Source of the DNA: Macrostomum lignano | Taxonomy: Eukaryota | Reading direction: 5' to 3' | Assembly: GCA_002269645.1 (NCBI GenBank) | Contig: NIVC01001323.1 | Coordinates: forward strand, 1-53,948 | DNA length: 53,948 bases | Part shown: one piece after another, positions 1-11,332 of the stretch | Layout of the letters: the number at the start of each line of letters is the position of its first letter | Numbering within the stretch: position 1 is the first letter of the stretch | Notes under the pieces: model-generated | The model's input: only the letters and a program-made list of their open reading frames with translations | Told to the model about the DNA's origin: nothing | The model's database searches: none | Position numbers and translations under genes: made by a program

Positions 1-478
1 GGCTAAAATATTTTAGCGCCCACTGATCATTAAAACGATGCACAAAGCAACCCGCATAGTTTTCTGAAATGGTTTTATAGATTAGAGACGTATTTACTCA
101 ACTGTGTCATATACTCACGCAGCTACATAAAAAACTGCATTTAAACAAACTACAAAAATCTGCCTTAGCCAGCAAAAAAGCGGCAAGAAGACCCAGGCAG
201 TAGACGTCGTCGCGGCTTGCGATTTAATTTAATAGTGCAATAGTGGGTACCTGATAATCAGTGGTTTTCAAGCTTGAATGCAAAAAGTTGAATGAGTACA
301 AAGAATGGGTAAAAGGGTAAGAAAGCGCAAACTTCAGTATTATTAGTTACGTAAAAATTCGAATATTTAATATGTACGCAGTATAGCAACTCATACAAAC
401 ACAGAGTCTCTCACCATTCGCCTACGAAGACTCCCTTACAGCAACGAGAAGAATCACACTGAAAGTAATGTACAGCAT
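1..478 (-). pseudogene. WSC-domain secreted protein, paralog 1 (5' part; runs off window start; in-frame stop in exon 1)
   Basis: Exon 1 at 478-415 reads MLYITFSVILLVAVRESS*ANG with a GTGAGA donor. Exon 2 starts at 63 after catttcAG and reads ENYAGCFVHRFNDQWALKYFS, the YxGCF start of a WSC domain. Exons, intron and upstream DNA align with 5755-7050. TAG at 424-422. Confidence 0.75.
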
Positions 479-604
479 GATTGCCTTTTGGTTCAATCGT
501 TCAATAAAAAGTATTTCAGTAACATCGAGGCTTCAACTCTTTTATGGGAAAAAATTGAATTTTAATTCTTAAAAATATTTGTCTCACGTGTGGTGGCACA
601 CCTG

Positions 605-629
605 ATAGTTCTACGTCAATAGTGCCACG
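605..629. promoter_or_regulatory. Conserved upstream block with bZIP-type ACGT motifs (paralog 1)
   Basis: atagttctacgtcaatagtgccacg, nearly identical to 6877-6901 and about 130 bp upstream of the ATG. Function is inferred. Confidence 0.45.
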
Positions 630-829
630 AGGAAATCGATTTTGAATTTGAAATATCACAATTTTTCTCGTAGCTAAGTAACTTTTTCCTATCTCTTCAA
701 TTGGCATGTGTATTTCTTTAAGAATATGTAAAGTCACTTCTAATAAAAAATTCAAATTCCATTCAAATTCCATAAAATTTCTTAACTTTAAAGTCGGTCA
801 GGCCCAAATAAAGTTTTCATGCACTCCTA

Positions 830-2270
830 AAATACTCCTAGATATTAGTGCTCGCTTCCTCACCCACAGTTGCAAAGTGGAAACTGGAGTTCAACTGGAG
901 GCGGTGGAAGGGCAACCTTTTGCGGGCAGACACAACATGTTGCATAGGCTCGCAACACTAAATTCAGCAATTCCTTACGGCAGGCGGGAAGCTGCATCAG
1001 CAAACAGCTGGAATCAGCTAAACACAAGATGGACGGTATCAATAACGTTCTGCTTCAGGCAAAGCAGAGTAACAGGTTTCAGCAACCGCAGAAACCGGGG
1101 CTTCCTGGAAGACGGCGACCCGGCAGTTGTGCAGCTGACCGCAGCAACCTTGTGATGCAGCACTTGATGGAGATGCCAACAGCATCAAAATCCTGCTTCA
1201 GGTAGCACCAGTCAAAACCAACCGGTCACGCAAATAGCTGCCGCTCTCACTAGGCAGGCGTCCGTCTCCATGGCAACTGGTCTCCTGCCCGTGGGCTAAA
1301 TCTCACGACCTCGCTGCTGCCGCAGTGCCACCTTCCACCAGCCGAGGATGATCTTCAACTGGTCATCCACCCACAGCCGATCTTTTGGGCTTGACAGGTT
1401 GCCGACGCGGTCGATCAGGGCGCGCAGGAACGGCCGGCCGTTGCCGATCACCTGTCAGGCCCAGTTGAGGTTGCCCACCAGCTTCTGCAGCTCATGCTTG
1501 GAGATCCGCCGCATCGCACAGCACTGATCAAGGCTGACCGCAGCTCTTCCACTTTGGATCCTGCCAAGCTCATGAGTCCTGACAGAGCATTGAATTGGAT
1601 GCCCAGGAAGCACATTTCCTGAGTCGGCTGCACACACACACTTCTTCCAGTTAACAGTCAGGCCCAGCCTCTGAATCAGCTGCATCAGCTCCGTGTAGAA
1701 ATGCCGGCAATCCGTCAGCGACCCCGCGAAGCCGAAGTCGTTCATGCAGACGCCGAAGTTTTAGAACATGAGCTTGAGCATCATGAACCGGATGGCATTA
1801 CTAATCTGGAAGAAGTTGCTAACAGATGCCGTAGCACCAAACGGCTGCCGGGTGTCCACCGTGTAGATCAGCTCAGCATCGCCTTCGAACGTGAACTTCA
1901 GGCCGGTGAGGCAGTGGTCACTCGAGTGAATGCTGCCAGATCTGTAGGCCTGGCTCAGGTCCACCTTGCACATGTACGAGTACATACCGTTGTGCAGCCT
2001 TCTGCCAAAAGCCCCTGCCGAAGAAAACTGAAGCTTTCATTGGCAAACGAACATGTCATTGCCAGCGAGACCTTGAGGCTGCAGGCCGCAGTCATGGATG
2101 AGCTGGATGCTCCCACCCGACTTGGGAATGGCGCCCAGGGCGCTCACAATCATTGGCTTGGCACAAACGCAATATCTGCCCGTCTGTAGTTCCTCACGAA
2201 CTTGAGCCTGAACACCTGCACGGTGATGATTGATGGATCTGTAGATATCCTGCTCAACAGTGTCAAAGGT
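830..2270 (-). mobile_element. Degenerate DIRS-order (Ngaro-like) retrotransposon, RT/RNase H region
   Basis: Minus-strand motifs in order: VSALGAIPKSGGSIQLIHDC (about 2160-2090), KVDLSQAYR, RQPFGATAS, CMNDF in place of YxDD (about 1745), LGLTVNWKK, ELQKLVGNLNWA and METDAC (RNase H, about 1270). Stops and frameshifts throughout. A possible recombinase start (LRAYAT) lies near 950. Confidence 0.85.
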
Positions 2271-3936
2271 ACAACTGACATTCAGATTTGTTCAGCTCCA
2301 GCCGCTTCTGAGTGCTGATGAAGCACCCGATACGTGCTCGGATGCTGCTTTCCTGGCTGCTGTAGTTCGCCCTCCAGCTGTGGGTCCTAACCCTAAGTCC
2401 TCAAAGCATGAGTACGCACCGGGCACTGCAACATCAACCAAGGCAGCGAGGCTAAACAGCCCTAAACACGGCATAACCCACCCCCGGCCGGCGGGGGGAT
2501 GCAAACACGCGAGGGGATGTGGAGCGTACGCAAAAGCCGGTTATCGCCGCAGTTCAAACCAAAAAGAATTTGCGACAACTTTGCTGCTAAAATTATGCTT
2601 TCTAGTAATGAATTTACTGATTTTTATCAACCAAGTCTGTACTTTAACGTTAAAGGCGTAAAACTGTGAAAAATGGAATTTTTAATTAAAAATGTGCATT
2701 TCTATTATTTAGCTTTCAATAACCAAATTTGTCGGTAGGAAATCCAACTAATTATGATGACTTGTATATGGAGAGGTCTGTGTGTTATTCATTCCTGCTT
2801 CGAGGGATCGAAGTTGATCTCAGAGTAAAAGATGGCAAAAGAGACGTGGCGGAGAGGTAGAATTGCATAGCAGCACGTATTTAAGTATGGGCGGGTGGAC
2901 TTCACTACCTCTAGTATGACGCAGGGTAAGATAAGAGTGTGGGTATTTATTTGACAATGAAAATTGCATGCGCAGGGGGCACTGATTCATACGCTGTGTA
3001 TTGACAAAAGCAGGGACATTGTCAATGCAGTTGGACGCTGTCTTGGTAGACTTAGATTGTCCCAGGTTCGCAGCGTTCGACATGTGTGCATTGAAAAGGT
3101 TAGTTGCTTACTGCTTCTGTGGGGAGGTATGGATGATGTAATCAGAGAAGAGGGTTGATGATTAAATCAGGCTCAATATATGGGTCTGTGTTGGGAATAT
3201 ATCTGATTGTCCGGTCAGAATGTAATGCGATAGAGATCGGGTTGGAATTCGTTGACGGTTAGAAATGGAAAGATTTTGCCTGAGAGCAAGGACAAGTGTC
3301 TCTATTAGATTTGCTAGATGGGGTCTGCGCTGTGAGGACGAGTCTGCCAACCATTGAATATTATAATATTGGTAATATTATTGAATATTACCAGGGGTGG
3401 CTGGTGTGGAAAATTTATACTCCTGGGATTGAATTTTGAACATGGTTAGAGTTACAGAATAAAGGTTGGTTGTTGAACATGCAAAGTGTGCAATATATTT
3501 GATTTAGCGCGTAGGAGCTTCGAGGGGAGAGGATGTAAGTGTACAGCAGCATCTGCTATGGCATGGTTTACGCGTACGGTTACCAAGTAAAGTGCGGCAA
3601 GCCGTCTTGTATCATCCTCACTGTCAATAGAAACAGATAGTGTATCGCTTTAACACAGTCTTGTATTGGGGGACAGACTTGGACAGACTTAGATGACGAA
3701 ACCAACCCATTGCTTCGATAGAGAGTTCGTACGGGGCCACGCCTCTATAGACATATGTATTGTAGGCTATTGTATAAATTCGAGTGATTTCGAAAAATTA
3801 AAGAATTCTTCAGCATATTCAAACCAGTTATTAATTGGGCTAAAAGGTGCCTTAAAAGTGGCCCTGCTGATTCTGCAAGGCCAAAACATCAAATTCAATA
3901 CTACTCCAAGCCAAACTGATTCCGAACTCTCCTAGA

Positions 3937-4943
3937 ATGGGGAAAAACAGAGCTCTATCGCCTGAGTCGTGTAGGAAAATCAGGGCCCTGTTCGACCAAG
4001 GAGTTTCCCAGCGTGCCTAGCCACGCAGTTGGGAAAGTGGAAAACATGCGTCCAGTAGCACTCAGGCGCCTCAGCAGCACTGCAGCAGCACAGGCTATGC
4101 CTCAAGACGTGGCAGGGCACCGAAAACTGACCACCGACTGGATCGACGAATTGTGCGAATGTCCGAGTCCAACCGTCGGCTCATCGCTGTGGACATCAGC
4201 CGTGAACTTCAGGTGTCCAGTGGTGTCCAGCTGCACCCCCTGACTGTCCGCCGCTGGTAGCTGCTAGACTGCCGACGACGAAAACCGGAAGCGGCGCTGG
4301 AACTGGGCGAAGCAGCATACAGGCTGGACACCCCGGGACTGGGCCAAGGACATCTGGAGTTACGAGAGCAAATTTTCCCGCACTGATTCTGATGGCCACC
4401 GTTGTGTGCGCCGCCGAGCTGTTGAGTAATTTGATCCCAGGTGCACCAAATTGGTACTATGAACCATGGAGGTGGGAATGGCATGGTGTGGGCTGCATTC
4501 TCCAGAGCTGGACCTGGGCCAATAACTCGCATTGAGGGCATGATGGACAGTCAGAAGTACCGTGACATCCTCAGCAGCCACCCACCAAAGGCAGCAGATG
4601 CGCTGCCAATGGGTGCAGTGAACAACTGGCAGTTGGACAGTTTCAGCAGGACAACGATCCAAAGCACACCTCCAAGGTTGTGAAGGCATGGCTTGCTGAG
4701 AACAACAGCTGCACCGTGGACTGGCCAGCGCAGTCACCAGACCTCAATCCGACTGAGAATCTGTGGAACTGGGTGGAGCGGGACCTACAGAGGCAGCAGC
4801 CAGCTTCCCTTGATCAGCTGACCGTTTCATTGAGGACTCGTGGGCTGCCATCCCGGCACAAGTGTGCCAGAAGCTGGTGGACAGCATGCCTAGGCGGTTT
4901 CAATGCTGTGATTAACTCAAAAGGACATGCTACAAAGTATTAG
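3937..4943 (+). mobile_element. Tc1 (DD34E) transposase pseudogene
   Basis: MGKNRALSPE..KIRALFDQGVSQ start, DIWSYESKF, TMNHGGGNGMVW, QQDNDPKHT...WPAQSPDLNPTE with 34 residues between D and E, and KGHATKY* end. Multiple frameshifts; I could not find TIRs. Confidence 0.92.
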
Positions 4944-5111
4944 AGCAGTTTGTTGGATAACAGTGGCATTTTTTATTTCCACTATTATATATGGTCTTAT
5001 TTCAATGTTAAACCTAAAACTGTGCAGACTACTTACTTTTTTATGAAAGTAGAATAATATGCGTTTTTGCGACAAAAAATCTAAAAACCCAATTACGAGC
5101 TAACTCTACCT

Positions 5112-6750
5112 TTATAAATCTAAATCGAATATCTCAATTCCCATTGATCCTCCACATTTTAGTCCGTATTGGGCATTTTGACATTGCTGGCTACAATAAT
5201 TTGGAGTCAATGCTCCCACTAACTATCTTATTACCACAGTAGCATCGGTTGCTGTTTGCTAGACCAAATAACTTTGTGCTTTTTTTAAGGCAGCTTCTGG
5301 CACAATTTTCCTGGTTCATGACTGGGAAATTTTCTTTGATTTCAAACTCTAGCACCAGTTCATTGGGGTCCCACAAAAGCATCCCTTTGACGGCGCTGAA
5401 ATGGCGAAACATGAGCGTGAAAAAAAATTTAGGCTAACTTGACACTTACTAAATGACATGTAGTTAAAAACTGTTTCACTTACCTGGCACCAATGGAATG
5501 GTAATGCCTGTCACATTGTAGACGCTCATAGCGTTCAAACCACCACATCTTGTCTCTTCTTTTACACTACATCTTTGATTGCATCTTCTCGATATAATTT
5601 TCGGAGTTAAGAGATTGTTTCCACAATAGCATTTATTTTGGGTTATTCCAAAAAACCTTGTTCCCAAAACTTGACAACTGGGCAAACAGAGGTAAGGAGC
5701 CATTCTAGTGGATTCTTGACTAAAAAATTTAAGAGCATCGGATTCACCTGTCTTATGCACAAAGCAACCGGCATAGTGTTCTGAAATGGTTTGATAGATT
5801 AGAGACGTATTTACTCAACTATGTTCATAAACTCAGTTACAAACTACACTTACTAAGATCTGCCTTAGCCAGCAAAAAGTGGAATGAGACCCAGACAGTA
5901 GACGTTGTTGGAGCTTGAAAATTGATTGAATAGTGATTGGGGGTACTTGATAACCAGTGATTTCCAAGCTTAAGCATAAAGATGAGCATAAAGAAAGAGT
6001 AAATGAAAAGGCAAAAAGTTGGACGTCGGGCAGACCAAAAGGGTTCTACACTTTGATCTGTAAACACCCCCTTCCACACAAGCTGCTATGTAGAGATAGC
6101 TATAATACATTGGGGCCTATTTAACTGATCTACGAGTATTTATGTGCCATTAATTGGCTAGGAACTTACCGATTCGATCTGAAATTAAGGTGGAAATTTA
6201 TTACTTTTGAAAAACGTAGATTCTCATTACATAAAGTTTACAGGCCACGTGCAAAGCCTCTCTGTATGGCCCTCGGGCCCTTTAAAACTTCACAATAGCA
6301 ATCCGACCCGCCAATGTTTATACTCTTCTCTCTAATCTCCTTTCTCTTCCTTTCATCTCCTCGCCTCTCCTCTCTTCTCTCTTCTTTTATTCATCACTCC
6401 TCACCTCTCGTCTCCTTTCTTCTCATTTATTCACTCGCTTCTCTTTTCCCATCTCCATTCTCTCTTCTCCATTCTCGCTCCCCTCTCCCCTCCCCCAGCC
6501 CGCAGTAATGCTCTATAGGCTATCTATCTGCCCCTTGAGGTAAAAAAAAGATCTCAGGCCTGCTTTGGCTTATTCAGTACTTACTGAATTCGGCTGAAAT
6601 TTAGGGCGCAAACTTAGCATTATTTAAAAATAGAATAGCCACATGTACGTACAAATTATAAAAACCCAAATCAATACAGAGTCTCTCACCACCGGCCGCG
6701 AGGAGGCCCGGAGCAGCAACGAGAAGAATCATAGCGAGAGTCAGATACAT
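5112..6750 (-). CDS. Secreted protein with two WSC carbohydrate-binding domains, paralog 2 (two 1-bp frameshifts in exon 3)
   Basis: Exon 1 6750-6690 encodes signal peptide MYLTLAMILLVAAPGLLAAG. Exon 2 5780-5484 (297 nt, phase 1-1) encodes HYAGCF...CLPSC...KCYCGN...RCNQRC...RCGG..MSVY. Exon 3 5395-5112 encodes SKGCF/.../CARSC...RCYCGN/.../CSQQC...KCGG and needs +1 at 5375-5378 and -1 at 5200-5202. All introns are GT-AG. Confidence 0.8.
6327..6505. repeat. CT-rich low-complexity tract in intron 1 of WSC paralog 2
   Basis: Pyrimidine-rich run lying in a segment of about 0.55 kb that is absent from paralog 1. Confidence 0.8.
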
Positions 6751-6866
6751 TTTGTTTTTTGCTTGGGATACTTTTATTAGACTTTATACAGTCGAAACTT
6801 GATTCGGCAGTCCCGTAGGTTTCATTCTTTTATAGAAAAGTGAACCTGAATTCCTGAAAATATTTT

Positions 6867-6903
6867 GCCACGTGGCATAGTTCCACGTCAATAGTGCCAC
6901 GTA
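6867..6903. promoter_or_regulatory. Cluster of CCACGT/TGACGTGG (UPRE/CREB3-like, G-box) motifs upstream of WSC paralog 2
   Basis: gccacgtggc palindrome, ccacgtca (TGACGTGG on minus) and gccacgta within 37 bp; the block is conserved in paralog 1. Confidence 0.45.
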
Positions 6904-7705
6904 GAAATCTATTTCAAACATTCAAAAGTCTAATTTTTCTAGTAATTAAATTCTGTTTTGACTTTTCCAAAGCCTTTACGCTCGTAGTCGAAGTCTATTG
7001 CAATGTAAAAGCAAATTGCCATTCAAATTCCATTCAAATTTACAAATTTCAGTTTTTCTAAACTTTTCGTTTTTTTAACGACAAATTTTTTATTAGGAAT
7101 TTTCCTATATTTTTGCTTCAAAACTTCAGTAATAAGCTTCAGTAATAAACTTTCAACTTATTTTTTAGCTGGCCAACTTTATAACTGTAACCTCCGTTTC
7201 GAAAATTAAATGACGAATATCAAATGATAATTCTACTATTCACATCTTACATAAAAGACCTTCGGGTTTCTATAATAAAGCCATTGTTTTTCATACATCA
7301 TTGTATAATTTGTATCCTGAGGGATATTGGTTTTTTCTCAAGCTAGGCTCAAGCTTGATTCAGTTGGAGGGCCAATATGTCAGCTCCGTGTCGTACTGCT
7401 CACAGCCAGTGCACGAGAGGTGCTCTTCCTGACGCTGCAGACGACTCTCAGCCGATGACAGACGAGCACTCGGAGCTTTGTCGAATTGGAAGTACCTCCT
7501 GCACCTGGATACTTGGCCCGGAAAGCCGCGGTCAATTCCTCTTTCCTCTTCAAGCATGCAGCTAAAGTATTGATAATGTAACAGCGGTCAGGCCCCAATT
7601 AAGATGTCATGCACTCCACAGAATCCTCACCCTGGTCCCGTCCCTTGAATCCTCAGCAGCCCATTCAACAAATAAAGTTACATGCCACCTGCAAGATCAC
7701 CTTAA

Positions 7706-7818
<113 letters not shown>

Positions 7819-8439
7819 GTCTGACTCACGCCACGAGTGGATGAACAAAGATCCATACTAAGTCTAGGCAGGATCTCCTCTCTCTCGGCAAGTTGATTCG
7901 GTCAGTCTGGTCCCAACATGCTCCCCCACTCAGACCCACACCAACTCCGGTCAACTGTCCACTGGCTTACTACAAGTTAGTGCACTTGCTGCTGCTGCTA
8001 GTACATATTTTATTAACCACAAAACAATATGCATAATCTGATACGAATAGCAATTAATCAAATGCTAATTTTAGAAGAGTAATACCCCATACTATAATTG
8101 GGCTAAAAAACCAATGGCAGCGATGGGTCCCTGAAGAGGAGGGGAAAAAGGAGAAAAAATGCTTTAGTGAGCGTGAAAGTTGAAAAACTCTACAGTACGA
8201 TCTCCTGAAATAGGGCTTAGGAGCCCTCACTCAGCTGATAGTTTGTGCTCGGAACTGCATGTGGCCCGTTAAATTCCAATCTAAATCGAACTAACCGAAT
8301 CTAAGGGTTATGAGTTTTAGATGATCCAAGTCAACATCTATCCAAGGACCACACGAATATATGTAGACTAGTAGTCCTTGTTTCTATCTTCTGTACGGTC
8401 GAGCAGCCCCACTTCACGTTACTACCTCAAAACTATGCG

Positions 8440-9130
8440 TTGCTTCAGTTCCCCCAGCTGGTCGACGTCTGGCTTCGCGCTTGTTCTGCGTGTACGCGCC
8501 TCCTGCCACCCGACCGGAGGAGGCTCAAAGTCTTCTTCGTGCAGCTCTCGGCGCAGGTAGAGGCAACGGCGCAGCGTGACACAGTGGTCGCCCTGGGAAA
8601 ACTGTACGCTGCTTTGCATCGACCTGAGCGGTCGATCGCTATTGGTGACACCGGGCAAGAATGGCAATACCGGAGCGCTGAAGGACTTCCTGGAGAGGCA
8701 GGACATGGTGTCAGCCAACAAACGCTTCCGCAAGCCAACCCTGCACGCTCGCAACTTTTGTGGGTTGCAAGCAAAGGCGGTGGAATGTGCGACACTTTTA
8801 TAGGCAACTCTGCAGCAGTTTGACTGCCGTGCCTGACCGCCAGAAGGCGGCGCTGTTCCAAGCGGTGATCGAAACCGTCCTGTTATACAACGTGGAGACC
8901 TGGACGCTGACGGAATTGCTCGAACAGCAGATCGATGCGGCGCACGCTGGCCTGCTGCGCGCCGCCTTCAAGTTCAGCTGCGAGCACGTCCCCAATGCGG
9001 AATTTTATTGCCGCACGGGCCTGTCCCGTCTCCGCGAACTGTTGCGCCATCGGCGTCTTCAGCTGGCAGGCCACATTATCCGTGCCGACTCCTGCTGCCC
9101 GCTACCGGTGCAGGAGGTGCTGCTGCTGAC
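8440..9130 (+). mobile_element. RTE-clade LINE remnant: AP endonuclease piece joined directly to post-RT C-terminal domain
   Basis: CVYAPP (about 8490), FFVQLSAQVEATAQRDTVVALG and LKDFLERQDMVSANKRFRKP (endonuclease), then from about 8810 KAALFQAVIETVLLYNVETWTL...RRLQLAGHIIR (RTE C-terminal domain). No RT core in between. Confidence 0.85.
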
Positions 9131-10790
9131 GGTGCCAAAGACCTTTGCCAATCAGCAGTCTGGAGCGCGGGACCAGAGTTTCCGCTGCTAGATGAGAATG
9201 GCTGGCCGGCAAGGCTAGTTCCGAAATCGGTTGACGGAGTTCAAGAAGTTCGGCGAGAGGCGAGCAAGAGTAGAAAATCGGCGGCCGTAACTCTATTTTC
9301 GAACGATACCACAGTCAAGACTACGACTGGCGTTTGAATTCAGAGCGATTTTGGAGCTACCGAAGGCTACGTAGCGTGACTGCTTGGGTTCAGCGGTTCA
9401 TTAGTAACTGCCGACTACCGACGAGCTTGAGGCAATGACTGCTAGGACTAGTGGTCCTTGGGTCGAGGAGCTGCAAGAAGCTGAGGATCGAATCCTACGT
9501 GTGGCTCAGGAAGAAGCTTTCAAAGCAGAAGTTCAGCAGGTGCGTAATGGAAGGCCGGTCTCCTCTAGCAGTCAGCTCCGCTGTCTCCAACCATTTCTTG
9601 ATAAGGAAGGACTGCTGCGAGTGGACGGAAGACTGAAGTTCGACCAGAATCTGTCATATCAGTCCAAGCATCCGCGGTCATTCTGCCGAGGCGAACTTGG
9701 GTCATGAAGTTGTTATTGAAGCACTATCACGAAGAGATCAAGGACATGGCGGAAAAAACTCTGGCAGGGATGTCGACGAAGTTTTGGATGATCGGTGGGC
9801 GCGAAGCCATTCGAGAATGGAAGAGGGAGTGCGCGCGGTGCAGAAGGCAGAAAGCAGGACCGGAGATGCAGCAGATGGCGCCACTACCAGAGGCCAGGCT
9901 GAAGAACTCGCTCCGAGCGTTCAGCTTTGTGGCAGTCGACTTCAGTAGTCCGTTTGAAACGGAAAAAAGGCGCGGAAGACGGCGAACGAAGTGGTATTTT
10001 GCTTTGTTTACCTGTTTGGAGACGAGAGCCGTGCACCTTGAAATGGCATACAGCTTGGATTCCGACTCGTTTCTGAATGCTTTCGCGCGCATGATCAACC
10101 GGCCCCGTAGAGGCCGGCCACTCGAAGTTTACTCGGACAACGGCGGCGACTTTGTCAAAGGCGAGCGAGAACTACGAGAATTCGAAAACGAGCAGCAGAA
10201 CAAAATCCAGAGAGCGGCCCGCTGAGCGCGGCATCAAGTGGCACTTCCAGCCTCCGTCGGCGCCCCATTTCGGCGGCGCCCATGAAGTTATGGTTCGCGC
10301 CGCTAGGCGAGCTGTGCGCGCCATCCTCAGCAACGCTGACATCACCGACAAAGAGCTGCATTCCGCCTTCACAGGTGCGGAAGCGCTCATCAATTCCAGG
10401 CCGTTGACGTACCAAACCGCAAGCCCACACAGGACGACACGCCGTTGACGCCAAACAATTTCTTGCATGGCTAGCTGGGTGGTGACTTTGCTATGGAAGT
10501 CTCGACCGAGGCCCGCCACGAACCGCGCCGGCGGTGGCGGCGCGTCCAAGAGCTGGTGCGGCACTTCTGGCACCGATGGCTGCGAGAGTGGGTGCCTAAA
10601 CTCAACGCCAGATCCGACTGGGTCAAGGAGCAGCCGGATCTCGCCGTCGGCGACATCGTCTTGGCGCTACAAGCGGATGCGCCTCGAGGACACTGGCCGC
10701 TCGGGCGAGTTCTCGAGGTATTTCCTGGACGTAACGGCTCGTGACGAAGTTGTGCCTGCTGCAGCGAGGTGAACAGTGGCTGTTGACTTA
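9127..10790 (+). mobile_element. BEL/Pao LTR retrotransposon pol fragment (late RNase H, integrase)
   Basis: WSAGPEF..WP, RFWSYRRLRSVTAWVQRF, PFLDKEGLLRVDGRL, HYH...CARC zinc finger, [59 protein letters not shown]...WPLGRV. Frameshifted; no LTR seen. Confidence 0.93.
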
Positions 10791-11332
10791 TTGTTAAAAT
10801 GGACTATTCTCGTATATTTTCCTATTTTTTAGCCCAATCGACACTTCGCATTGCATGCATTCGTATTGTTACTTTCTGCTTTCGCGCTATTTATTTTTTG
10901 TTTACAGGAGTTTACTGTTTTTTTCCAAAATATGCTTGCAACCGTTTCAATTTTACAGTTGCACCTTTTTATTAATTGTACGTAAGTTTCGGGGAGGCTT
11001 TTTTTCCTGCTTTTTTGCTGATTGGCCCCAATCAGGAAAGAGAGAATGTTCTGGAGGTTCAGTTTTTGTTATACTTTTGGGGTTTTACTGACTTAACAGT
11101 AACAGTAATCTTTATTTTAAAATGTATTTAAGGCACATGAGCTAAGCCCCCTCTTTGTTAACCCCACCCCACGTTAAATAATAATTAAAAGGCGCGATTT
11201 TCTGGTAAGTTTGGTAAGTTGTTTTGTGTGTCTGCGCGAGACCGCAGAAGTGCTGAAGGCAAGAAAAATACTTTTAAGAATCCGACTTTTTTCCTTATTC
11301 TTTTGTTCTGACCAGTCATCCGCTTTAACAGA

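Noticed and set aside
706-2661. Plus-strand ORFs of 133-162 aa
   Set aside because: Antisense shadows of the DIRS/Ngaro coding region.
2760-3690. Possible decayed LINE endonuclease on minus strand (STKTASNCIDNV)
   Set aside because: Only one weak motif and no continuous frame; it needs a tBLASTn search to support.
7350-7650. GC-richer coding-like island with short ORFs (LSCTGCEQYDTELTYWP)
   Set aside because: No recognisable domain or consistent splice sites; possibly a TE fragment.
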